Below the pieces are notes generated by a model. That model worked only from the letters and a program-made list of their open reading frames with translations. It made no database searches and was not told where the DNA came from. From assembly GCA_016214555.1 (NCBI GenBank), contig JACROF010000008.1:1-47140 (forward strand): a stretch of DNA of 47,140 bases. The letters are read 5' to 3'. Shown in pieces: positions 20,095 through 27,400 of this stretch. Each line of letters opens with the position of its first letter. The stretch's first letter is position 1. Both the position numbers and the translations under genes were made by a program. The DNA is from Candidatus Levyibacteriota bacterium (GTDB lineage: Bacteria > Patescibacteriota > Microgenomatia > Levybacterales > UBA12049).

Positions 20095-20376
20095 TTATTT
20101 CCTTTCTGTACTATTAGATTCTGCGTGATCGAGCCTGCGAGCCTTGCGGCCCACAAGCTTGATAGCAATGATTGCCAGCGTTGCTCCAGAGAGCATGGAG
20201 GCTCCAAGTCCAATCTGAAAGCCTGTAGTGTCCCATGAGCCACCTTCCCATGGATGCTGTGCCCATAGTATGAGCACGGTCCAGAAAAGCGCTATGCTTG
20301 CTACGCAGACCAGGAAAGGGTGTTTCCTGAGTCTTTCAGCCAGAACCAGATCATACTCGTCTCTGAAAAGTTTCAC
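20095..20376 (-). CDS. Small two-TM membrane protein
   Basis: GAAAGGA SD, GTG start, two hydrophobic segments. Confidence 0.6.
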   Translation of the reverse strand: MKLFRDEYDLVLAERLRKHPFLVCVASIALFWTVLILWAQHPWEGGSWDTTGFQIGLGASMLSGATLAIIAIKLVGRKARRLDHAESNSTERK

Positions 20377-20420
20377 GCTCGATTCCTTTCGTGTGAACGA
20401 AGATGGGCCGAGCGGGGAGT

Positions 20421-20723
20421 TTATCCGGTGCGAGCCGGATGGCTTACAAGGCCTTTTTTCGTTTTTCTCTCCCTTTCTCTCAGGAGGTTTTGGCCGAACT
20501 CGATTTCTCGTCGAGTGGCTTTTCGCTCAAAACGAAATGATGTGCTTTCAAAGAAGGGGTGGAGATGTGCATCAAATATATCCTGCGTGTGCAGCATGCG
20601 CAAAACGACTAAGCCCTCTTTTTCAAAAATAGCGACAATATGCAGCTCATGCCCGAAGGCATTCTGAATGATGTTGCCTTCCCGGATATGCTCCGGGAGC
20701 GATCGCTCTGGTTTTTCAGCCAT
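20421..20723 (-). CDS. Hypothetical protein (~100 aa)
   Basis: ATG overlaps the end of the upstream ORF (translational coupling). Confidence 0.5.
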   Translation of the reverse strand: MAEKPERSLPEHIREGNIIQNAFGHELHIVAIFEKEGLVVLRMLHTQDIFDAHLHPFFESTSFRFERKATRREIEFGQNLLRERERKTKKGLVSHPARTG

Positions 20724-20952
20724 TTTCTGGCTCAGATCTGAGCATGTCTGACTGACCACATGTCAGCTTGACGTGCTGTTGTCTTGCGAGGCGCTGTGCC
20801 TCAGCTAAGGATATCCTTGATGCGCCATGTCCACGATTTCGTCCTCTTCTATTGACGAGAACCTCCTCTCCATCGCGGGCGAAGAGTTCCAGCACTGTGT
20901 GAGTGTCGTCGGGGTCATGGACCTCGATAGGCGGATCAATATGTTGAAACAT
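20716..20952 (-). CDS. Hypothetical protein (78 aa)
   Basis: AAGGAGA SD before MFQHIDP. Confidence 0.5.
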   Translation of the reverse strand: MFQHIDPPIEVHDPDDTHTVLELFARDGEEVLVNRRGRNRGHGASRISLAEAQRLARQQHVKLTCGQSDMLRSEPENG

Positions 20953-21243
20953 GAGCTCTTCTCCTTGCGGCACAAGCCACGCTAAAATTTCCGGCAGAAA
21001 ATGTGGATGCCGGGCAATCGAGCACGAAACAATTCCTGCCCGGAAAGCGCTTCGTACTCAGTTGCCCGCACCACATGTGTCTAATAGTAATGAGTGCCTT
21101 GTTAAAGTACCTCTCTTTAGTGATGAATGAGCAGGGTAGGTATCTACGCTCCTCATTGAGCACTAAGGGTCTAGCATTATAGCAAGTGACAAATGTTTAT
21201 GCCTGACATTTGTCAAACCAATAGTAATTACTTGCCAAACTTT

Positions 21244-21309
21244 TCTGTTTCGCTCTGTGATCTTTCGATCGAGGACTCATCAGGCCCCGATACTCATCGG
21301 GACGACAGA
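21244..21309 (-). ncRNA. Type III hammerhead ribozyme HHR3 (GUC; cut between 21304 and 21303)
   Basis: ucugUC|gucccgau-gagu-aucggggc CUGAUGA G..gauc-gaaa-gauc..C GAAA caga; stem II imperfect. Confidence 0.85.
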
Positions 21310-21338
21310 TGGGGTGGGGGCTTTCGCCCCCACCCCGG
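21304..21338 (-). repeat. 35-bp repeat (GC hairpin with GAAA loop plus 5' strand of HHR stem III), 3 identical copies
   Basis: gacagatggggtgggggctttcgcccccaccccgg at 21304-21338, 24837-24871 and 25261-25295. Confidence 0.95.
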
Positions 21339-21354
21339 AAAAAAAAGACAAGTG

Positions 21355-21654
21355 CTAGTGCGATAGCGCGTACAGTTGTCCCAAGCGGGACTTGATCTGC
21401 TCGCGAAGCGCGATCATGATGTGAGCGAGGCCTTCGAGCAGGACGTTGGTAACCCGATTGAGCAGGTCATTGTCGTCCGCCGGAAGTCTTGCCCCGTCCA
21501 TGGTCGTAATCACGGCCTGCTCATCTCGCAGGTTGGTCGAGAAGTGAAGAGCCTCGTCGAGGCGAGCTTTCGCCGCCTTGAGGCTCCGCATTCGGACGTT
21601 TATTTCGTCCCGCGAAATGGCCGAAACCTGAATTGCTGTGATGGCCGTATTCAT
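21355..21654 (-). CDS. Hypothetical helical protein (99 aa)
   Basis: AAGGAGGT SD before MNTAIT. Confidence 0.65.
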   Translation of the reverse strand: MNTAITAIQVSAISRDEINVRMRSLKAAKARLDEALHFSTNLRDEQAVITTMDGARLPADDNDLLNRVTNVLLEGLAHIMIALREQIKSRLGQLYALSH

Positions 21655-21827
21655 CCGGCCACCTCCTTGTTGGCATACTTTTCCTACCCTCGTAGAAAAA
21701 GACTGTGCAGTGCCAAGCATCAGCGACAAACCTTGAGGGGTAGGCTTATCGCTAATTCTTGGATAAAGCATTTGTTAAAGATGGGCTTGGTGCGGGATTT
21801 CTCCCGCACCAAGTGGTGAGACCATGC

Positions 21828-21944
21828 TCAGTATCTGTCAGGCTCGTCGTTGGGCTTCTTGCCCGATTTCTGCGTGATCCCCAGGCGTTTTCGTGCCTGG
21901 GCACGCTCGTGCCGACGTTTTGCCTTTCGAGCTTTTCTGGCCAT
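21828..21944 (-). CDS. 38-aa Arg/Lys-rich peptide (MARKARKAKRRHERAQARKRLGITQKSGKKPNDEPDRY)
   Basis: Hand-translated; AAAGGAG SD directly upstream of the ATG; followed by a strong hairpin. Confidence 0.6.
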   Translation of the reverse strand: MARKARKAKRRHERAQARKRLGITQKSGKKPNDEPDRY

Positions 21945-22202
21945 GGTACTCCTTTGGCTGTTTATTGCCCAAAACCATTTCAGGCAATACTAGCGTTTGC
22001 CAGGCGCCAGCAGAAAATCTCGAAAGATTCGGGACTTGCTGCTAGCACCTGATACTTGTCTTTATGTAAATGTGCTTGTGACTTTTTTCAGGATAGAGCG
22101 CTATCCTCAAGAAAATCAGCATTCGGTTTTCGAAAAAGGGAATTGTCGGGGTCCCGCCAAGGCGGGACCCCAGGGATGAAAGCGCATCAATCGTAGAGGC
22201 GA

Positions 22203-22532
22203 TTAGCTTACTCCTGCGAGGAGAAGATCGCCTGTTCCGAGCGGTGCGTTGAAAAGACACGTGAGGCACTCTGCGAAGTGCCTTCTCACAAATGGGTCAG
22301 AGCAGTTTCCTGCTCGAGCCAAAAGTCGCGCAAGCGTGCAGTCTTCGCTCTCCCCTTGATCGGGGATGACCTCGAACTGGACCTCGCGTTTTTTCGGAGC
22401 TTTTGCCAGCCGCCTTATGGCAGGCTGGATCAGCTCTGGTGGCAGACGGTCGTACAGAATTCCTCGGTACTCAATCCTCAATGGGCTTTCTCCTTTTGCT
22501 TGTGCCTTTTCCAGAACGTCTGGAGTTGGCAC
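22203..22532 (-). CDS. Hypothetical protein (109 aa), start uncertain
   Basis: ORF fills the space between leader and trailer segments; no SD seen. Confidence 0.4.
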   Translation of the reverse strand: MPTPDVLEKAQAKGESPLRIEYRGILYDRLPPELIQPAIRRLAKAPKKREVQFEVIPDQGESEDCTLARLLARAGNCSDPFVRRHFAECLTCLFNAPLGTGDLLLAGVS

Positions 22533-22554
22533 CCGAATGCTGTGTTAAAGTTCG

Positions 22555-22616
22555 CTGTTTCGCCCGCCCTCGTAATAGCAAGGTCGAGGCTCATCGGTCC
22601 CGCTACGCGGGACCGC
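22555..22616 (-). ncRNA. Degenerate hammerhead HHR4 (probably inactive)
   Basis: Stem II identical to HHR2 and stem I like HHR7, but the core reads CCGAUGA and the 5' stem III strand/NUH triplet is replaced by GGCGG. Confidence 0.7.
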
Positions 22617-22629
22617 CCTATGAAAACGA

Positions 22630-23040
22630 CTACTCGTCGTTGTTGACGATGATCTCGCCAACCATGCCCACCAACTCGTGGGGGACACAGACGTAGTGAT
22701 ACGTCCCAGGAATCTGGAACGTATAGCTCCAGCTCTCGCCGGGTTGCAAAAGTCCTGAGTCCCAGGCTTCTGCTCCAACGGGAAGCAAGACAAGATTCGG
22801 GTTACGAACCTTGTTCGCGTCCGTAGTGACGCTGTGGACCAGTTCCTTGCTGACATTTTTCCAGGTGACGGTGTCACCGGGACGAATGGTCAGCGTGTGT
22901 GGGTCAAAGGTCATGTCGTTGGTCATTCTGACCACGTAGTCCTTTGGACCGGAGTCGTCCTGGGTGAGCCTGACGTAGGCAACGGTGCCTAGTAGGGCAG
23001 CCCAGAGCACAATGATCAAAACGATTTTTGTATTGCGCAT
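22630..23040 (-). CDS. Plastocyanin/azurin-family blue copper protein, membrane-anchored
   Basis: FDPHTLTIRPGDTVTWKN, HSV, PGTYHYVCVPHELVGMVG (His/Cys/His/Met ligands); GGAGG SD. Confidence 0.9.
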   Translation of the reverse strand: MRNTKIVLIIVLWAALLGTVAYVRLTQDDSGPKDYVVRMTNDMTFDPHTLTIRPGDTVTWKNVSKELVHSVTTDANKVRNPNLVLLPVGAEAWDSGLLQPGESWSYTFQIPGTYHYVCVPHELVGMVGEIIVNNDE

Positions 23041-23083
23041 TTTTGCCTCCAAGACTTCAAATCGAATGCTGTGTTAAAGTTCG

Positions 23084-23133
23084 CTGTTTCGGCCTTTCAG
23101 GCCTCATCAGTTCCGATATCAATCGGAAGACAG
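23084..23133 (-). ncRNA. Type III hammerhead ribozyme HHR5 (GUC; cut between 23129 and 23128)
   Basis: cugUC|uuccgau-ugau-aucggaa CUGAUGA G-gccugaaaggc-C GAAA cag. Confidence 0.9.
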
Positions 23134-23187
23134 AAGGTGTTGTGGGAAGGTTGGTTGCCGGGGGCGCATCTGCGCCCCCGGCTGAGA

Positions 23188-23610
23188 TCAATCATCTGTC
23201 TCGGATCGAATGTCGTCGTCCAAGTCCTCAAGAGAGATCCCTTCCTTCGCAAGCCCATGCAAGATCTCGCCACCGTTCCATTTTCTGGAACAGGGGAGCG
23301 ATGAGAGCCGCTCGTGAAGGTCCTCGAGCTGAGCCATTAGACCTCTCGAATGCGTCAGGTTGGCGCGAATTCGCCCCAGCCGCCGCGGATCGATGTCTTT
23401 GGCTAGGGAGCCATTCTGGAGATCCTCGATCGTCTCCCGGAGATCCTCGATCGCATCATCGACCTCCTCGTGGGAGATCTCTTGATCGTCGCGATCGCGA
23501 GCGAGAAGGTCAGCGACTGTGTCATGCGAATGGAAGATGTCCTCCCATCGCCTCAGCCCCTCAAGGGGCGCGACTTTTTCGAAATCGTCCGCTGTTGAAC
23601 CCGTAGACAT
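23188..23610 (-). CDS. Hypothetical acidic helical protein (140 aa)
   Basis: GAAAGG SD; ORF enclosed by leader/trailer repeats. Confidence 0.65.
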   Translation of the reverse strand: MSTGSTADDFEKVAPLEGLRRWEDIFHSHDTVADLLARDRDDQEISHEEVDDAIEDLRETIEDLQNGSLAKDIDPRRLGRIRANLTHSRGLMAQLEDLHERLSSLPCSRKWNGGEILHGLAKEGISLEDLDDDIRSETDD

Positions 23611-23788
23611 ATGATTGCCTTTCGCGTTTTATATTCTGTCACGTGACAGAATATAGCAATGGTACTCGCCAGTACCAGCATGAAAGACACTAGGGTATAG
23701 CGCCCTTTATGTTGGTACTAACGTAACCTATATTATACAACACCTTGTTAAAGCTCGTCCTCCTTCGCATAAAGCCTCGGAGGACAAG

Positions 23789-23850
23789 CTGTTTTCATCT
23801 TGCCCTGCAGAGCAGGGAAGAATCATCAGGTCGCCTATGGCGACTAACAG
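23789..23850 (-). ncRNA. Variant type III hammerhead HHR6 (UUA triplet; cut between 23845 and 23844)
   Basis: cuguUA|gucgcc-aua-ggcgac CUGAUGA U-ucuucccugc-ucu-gcagggcaaga-U GAAA acag; U.U replaces G-C at the base of stem II. Confidence 0.75.
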
Positions 23851-23906
23851 ATACAGGGGGCAAGTAAGAGTTGGCGGGTGGGAATGACCCCACCCGCCGG
23901 AGTAAC

Positions 23907-24566
23907 CTAGTCGACCGCCTCGGCCCACAATGTTACGGCACTCCGTTTCGTGATGGTTCCTGGAAAATCTGAGCCCCCTTCACGATCGAGGAGCGCGTGC
24001 TGGGGTACGGTGAAACACGAAGTGTCTCCCCGATAGATCCAGCCATTGGGCGTGCCGCGGTGACGAATCCACCCATCAGTGTTCCCGCCGACGATGGTCG
24101 ACAGGACGTTTGGGTTGATCTCGGCAAGAGCGGGTAGCGTGCCCATCTCTTGAGCCTCGCATCGGCCGGTGATTTCGCGGACCGCCTGGTCTTTGAAATT
24201 TTTGGCCTCGTCCTTGCCCAGCTCGATATAGAGCTTGGTCGCGAATCGGGTGAACTCGACCGTTTGTCGAGTTTGTGAGATGATTTTTGCTCCATGAGCG
24301 TAGCCGGTATAGAAGCCGGTGCCGGTCATGGTGATTCCGACGAGACCCGCAAGCCCTACCGCAGCAACCTTCTTGAGTATGCTGCCTCGTTGTCGGGCAT
24401 TCTGAGCAACCGACTCGCCCGTCTCCGGAAATTCCGGAGCGATGTCGTCCTCCTCAGCTGGAAGCTGGGGAAGAGCGGGTTGACCGCCGGCGAAAAAGCT
24501 GGCGACGATACCGAAAACGAGCAGAGCACTGATCGCGGAAAAAATCTTTCCAACAATGCGTAGCAT
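23907..24566 (-). CDS. Membrane-anchored hypothetical protein (219 aa, 2 TM)
   Basis: AAAGGAGA SD before MLRIVGK; two hydrophobic segments. Confidence 0.7.
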   Translation of the reverse strand: MLRIVGKIFSAISALLVFGIVASFFAGGQPALPQLPAEEDDIAPEFPETGESVAQNARQRGSILKKVAAVGLAGLVGITMTGTGFYTGYAHGAKIISQTRQTVEFTRFATKLYIELGKDEAKNFKDQAVREITGRCEAQEMGTLPALAEINPNVLSTIVGGNTDGWIRHRGTPNGWIYRGDTSCFTVPQHALLDREGGSDFPGTITKRSAVTLWAEAVD

Positions 24567-24622
24567 CGATCTCTCCTTTTGGGATAGAATTCGCGACGAT
24601 CTGTCGCGAAGCTTGCTTTTAG

Positions 24623-24690
24623 CCAGCTGCTGCACGGTGACTTTGGCACGGGCAGAAATAGCACCGTGTTCACGAACATGCAGAAGCTGG
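24623..24690 (-). repeat. 68-bp structured 5'-leader element, copy 1
   Basis: Identical to 26139-26206; self-complementary ends CCAGCT...AGCTGG. Confidence 0.9.
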
Positions 24691-24777
24691 CATAAAGCCA
24701 TAGATAGGTTTTTCTTAAAACCCCCTGTATGTAAAAGAACTCCCTCCTTTGCTCTTGCGAGCCTGGAGGACTATACG

Positions 24778-24842
24778 TCTGTTTCGCCCGCCCTCGCAAT
24801 AGCAAGGTCGAGGCTCATCAGTCCCGCTAAGCGGGAGACAGA
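24778..24842 (-). ncRNA. Type III hammerhead ribozyme HHR7 (GUC; cut between 24837 and 24836)
   Basis: ucugUC|ucccgc-uua-gcggga CUGAUGA G...C GAAA caga. Confidence 0.9.
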
Positions 24843-24876
24843 TGGGGTGGGGGCTTTCGCCCCCACCCCGGGATAG

Positions 24877-25173
24877 CTACAAGCGACGGATTACTTTTCC
24901 GTCTTTGATCCAATGTCCATCAGCGATGCTGTGGACTTCGGGATTGTCGAGTCGAGGCTGCTCGATTCGACCCTGGGCTCGTAGTTCGCGAACCAGCTCA
25001 GCGGCTTCGACGGGAAAGTCCCGCCAATAGCTTCGCTGGTACATCTTGACGAGCTCGGCCCAGTCCTCTTCGGTGCGGGCCGTCGTGCCCGCTACGATCT
25101 TCTCGACGTCCTCCCGGGCAACACGCCCTCTGAGGATGTCTTGAACGCAGAAAGAAAGACTGCGACCAATCAT
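24877..25173 (-). CDS. Hypothetical protein (98 aa)
   Basis: AAGGAGGT SD; lies between HHR8 and HHR7. Confidence 0.75.
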   Translation of the reverse strand: MIGRSLSFCVQDILRGRVAREDVEKIVAGTTARTEEDWAELVKMYQRSYWRDFPVEAAELVRELRAQGRIEQPRLDNPEVHSIADGHWIKDGKVIRRL

Positions 25174-25196
25174 GCTAACCTCCTTTTAAAGAACTT

Positions 25197-25266
25197 TCTG
25201 TTTCGCTCTCATCCGCCTGTTGGCGGAAATGAGCTCATCAGGTCCGATGTTCATCGGGACGACAGA
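25197..25266 (-). ncRNA. Type III hammerhead ribozyme HHR8 (GUC; cut between 25261 and 25260)
   Basis: ucugUC|gucccgau-gaac-aucggac CUGAUGA Gcuc..uccgcc-aaca-ggcgga..gagC GAAA caga. Confidence 0.9.
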
Positions 25267-25307
25267 TGGGGTGGGGGCTTTCGCCCCCACCCCGGTTGTA
25301 GCAGCTG

Positions 25308-26084
25308 CTACAAGCTGCCGGTCTGATTGACGACTGGCACTTCGCAGACCACGCGATTGCGTGGATCGGCAAAGGTGCCAGAAATGTTCGGCGACACAGA
25401 AGTCGGACATTTAGAGTCCATCTCCTTGAATTCGTCGAATTTTGAAAAGCTCATGATGAGCCCTTTCGGGCCAACTCTCATGATGCGCGCCGTTCCTCGA
25501 TCAGGTCGCTCGTAGCGACCGAGGGCCATGATGCCATCGGACCAGAAAGGGTTGTCCTGGTCGTAGGCATAGATTTCACCCTGCGCCCAATAGCTCACTG
25601 TGTCCGGGATGTCGAAGTCAGCGCCTTGCCCGACGTACATGACGGCGGCCGTTGCGCCCCACGCTCCATATGTGAGAACGACAAAGTCGTCCTCGGTGCA
25701 TTCAGTTCGGCAGAGCTTGACCGCATCGTCGACAGTCATTGACCGTCCGATGTACGGCTCGTACCGATCCGGAGCGGACCAGTGTAGGTGGTCTGCCTTG
25801 TAGTGGAGAAACGCCAGGACGCCGAGGACGATTGCGATTGCAACTGCCCACGGAGCGATTCGGCGAAGAGCGCTTTGCTCATCGTCATCGTAGTCGCAGC
25901 AGTCCTCGTCATTGAGGATGGCCTTGACTTCTTGAACCTCGGTCAGAACCTGAGCGAGTTTGTCGTCGCTTGTGGCGGCGACTTGCTCATCAACGGCGTC
26001 CGAGTCATCCTGGTCTGTCTCTGATCGACCAGCGACCAAGAGGTCGTCGTCGTTTTTGACGTTTTCGTTGCTTGTGTCAGACAC
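25308..26084 (-). CDS. Single-TM protein with acidic N-terminus and Cys-containing extracellular domain
   Basis: GAGGAG SD, GTG start, one TM segment. Confidence 0.75.
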   Translation of the reverse strand: MSDTSNENVKNDDDLLVAGRSETDQDDSDAVDEQVAATSDDKLAQVLTEVQEVKAILNDEDCCDYDDDEQSALRRIAPWAVAIAIVLGVLAFLHYKADHLHWSAPDRYEPYIGRSMTVDDAVKLCRTECTEDDFVVLTYGAWGATAAVMYVGQGADFDIPDTVSYWAQGEIYAYDQDNPFWSDGIMALGRYERPDRGTARIMRVGPKGLIMSFSKFDEFKEMDSKCPTSVSPNISGTFADPRNRVVCEVPVVNQTGSL

Positions 26085-26138
26085 TGTAGCTCCTCACGTT
26101 AGTGCAGTACGTATCGCGCACCACGCGCGATAGGGGTA

Positions 26139-26206
26139 CCAGCTGCTGCACGGTGACTTTGGCACGGGCAGAAATAGCACCGTGTTCACGAACATGCAGA
26201 AGCTGG
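26139..26206 (-). repeat. 68-bp structured 5'-leader element, copy 2
   Basis: Identical to 24623-24690. Confidence 0.9.
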
Positions 26207-26317
26207 TACCAAATGTAGCTAATTTAGTAATGTGCGATTCTGCCTTTTTTGTAGACACAAAAAAAGACAGAGGGTTGTCCTTCTGTCTGGTTGTTCTTCC
26301 GGGCAGAAAGATGCCAT

Positions 26318-26346
26318 ATAGTAGCATAGCCTATAAGATTTGTCAA
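26318..26346 (-). promoter_or_regulatory. sigma70-type promoter with CTTATAGG in spacer
   Basis: TTGACA-aatcttataggctatgc-TACTAT. Confidence 0.65.
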
Positions 26347-26534
26347 GTAGGTATTCGAGATCGCAAAATAAAGAGCCTATATTGATTTATGTATTAGCTT
26401 CAATGGTAGAGCAGGATAAAAAGAGATTGATTAATAGTGTTCAATTAGTGATATTTAGACTGTATAAGTAACATAAAATATGTTGCAGTAGAGTAAATAA
26501 AAATAAATACAGTGAAGCTGAGAAGGTGAGGGAT

Positions 26535-26566
26535 AAAAAAGGCAGGGAGTAGGAAAACCCCCTGCC
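26535..26566 (-). terminator. Intrinsic terminator
   Basis: GGCAGGG...CCCTGCC hairpin followed by T6 on the minus strand. Confidence 0.6.
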
Positions 26567-26851
26567 GCCGAAACCGACGAAATGTGATAAAAAGCTGCCA
26601 TGTAATGAAATATCCAGGAAAAAGACTTCCTCTATGAGGTCAAAAAGAGAGCTATTGCCGCCAGGATGAAAAAAGAGCAAGAAAAGGGTTGAAACAATTA
26701 TCCCTACACATATAAAGAGTCCTATCTTTTCCCAAAGGCGAAGCGATTCCCAGATAGTGCGGGCCTCCTCAGGATCGTTAGCCATGGGAGGGATCACAGA
26801 TCCTCTTTTGTGAGGCGTTTGCTATGAAAAATTTCCTGTCCACGATGCCTC

Positions 26852-26959
26852 CTACGATGACCATGCCCAATAGGCAAGCGTTGCCAAAGCCAAAAGAAAT
26901 CCGAGAGCGGAAACAACGTAATTGAAGCTCAGAAAAGATTTCAGGCGTGATATATCCAT
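26852..26959 (-). CDS. 35-aa single-TM peptide
   Basis: AAAGG-type SD before MDISRLK; hydrophobic C-terminus. Confidence 0.45.
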   Translation of the reverse strand: MDISRLKSFLSFNYVVSALGFLLALATLAYWAWSS

Positions 26960-27247
26960 TAAACCTTTTTCCTTTCCTATGAACGTCGGTTTGTTAAGGT
27001 CCAGCCAACAAATGGCGTTACAACCATGATAACAAATCTTATAGTACAGAGTCAAGGAAAAGGGAATGTTACGAGAGGGGATAAGAGGAAAAAAGAAAGA
27101 TACGTGGCCTCTTTTGGAGGAGTCTTTTGCAGGCTGTTATAAAGATGGTGGGTCGGGCCTTAAGGCCCGACCCATTGGCTAGGCAGTTTTCTGCCTAGCA
27201 GACGGTGCGCCTGGGGAACATCCCCAGGCCCCGGTCGCGAGCGCAAT

Positions 27248-27400
27248 CTAGCTGGCGGTACCGCCGGTCTGGTCACCCGGACCGCGGGACTCACCCTGCT
27301 GCTGCTCGGCCGCGCCGTCGGCGCCGTCGCCGTCGGGGCTGGTGCCGGTCGTCGGATTCGCATTGAGATATCGCGTGTTGGAGTTGATCGTTTGCCTCAT
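27248..27400 (-). CDS. 50-aa low-complexity peptide (MRQTINSN...)
   Basis: GAAAGGAG SD; preceded by ~500 nt of structured leader. Confidence 0.45.
   Translation of the reverse strand: MRQTINSNTRYLNANPTTGTSPDGDGADGAAEQQQGESRGPGDQTGGTAS

Noticed and set aside
22083..22120. CTGA..TGA-GGATAG/CTATCC-TGAAA, possible ribozyme remnant after a trailer
   Set aside because: Core is interrupted and lacks stems I/III; reads as a terminator-like hairpin.
14598..26024. Long plus-strand ORFs in the island (e.g. 14598..15260, 17650..18447, 23028..23606)
   Set aside because: Shadow ORFs of GC-rich minus-strand genes that have SDs and recognisable signal peptides or domains.
26441..26797. 118-aa hydrophobic ORF
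   Set aside because: Runs through the predicted trailer and terminator into AT-rich spacer; coding status could not be supported, though the N-terminal part may be real.
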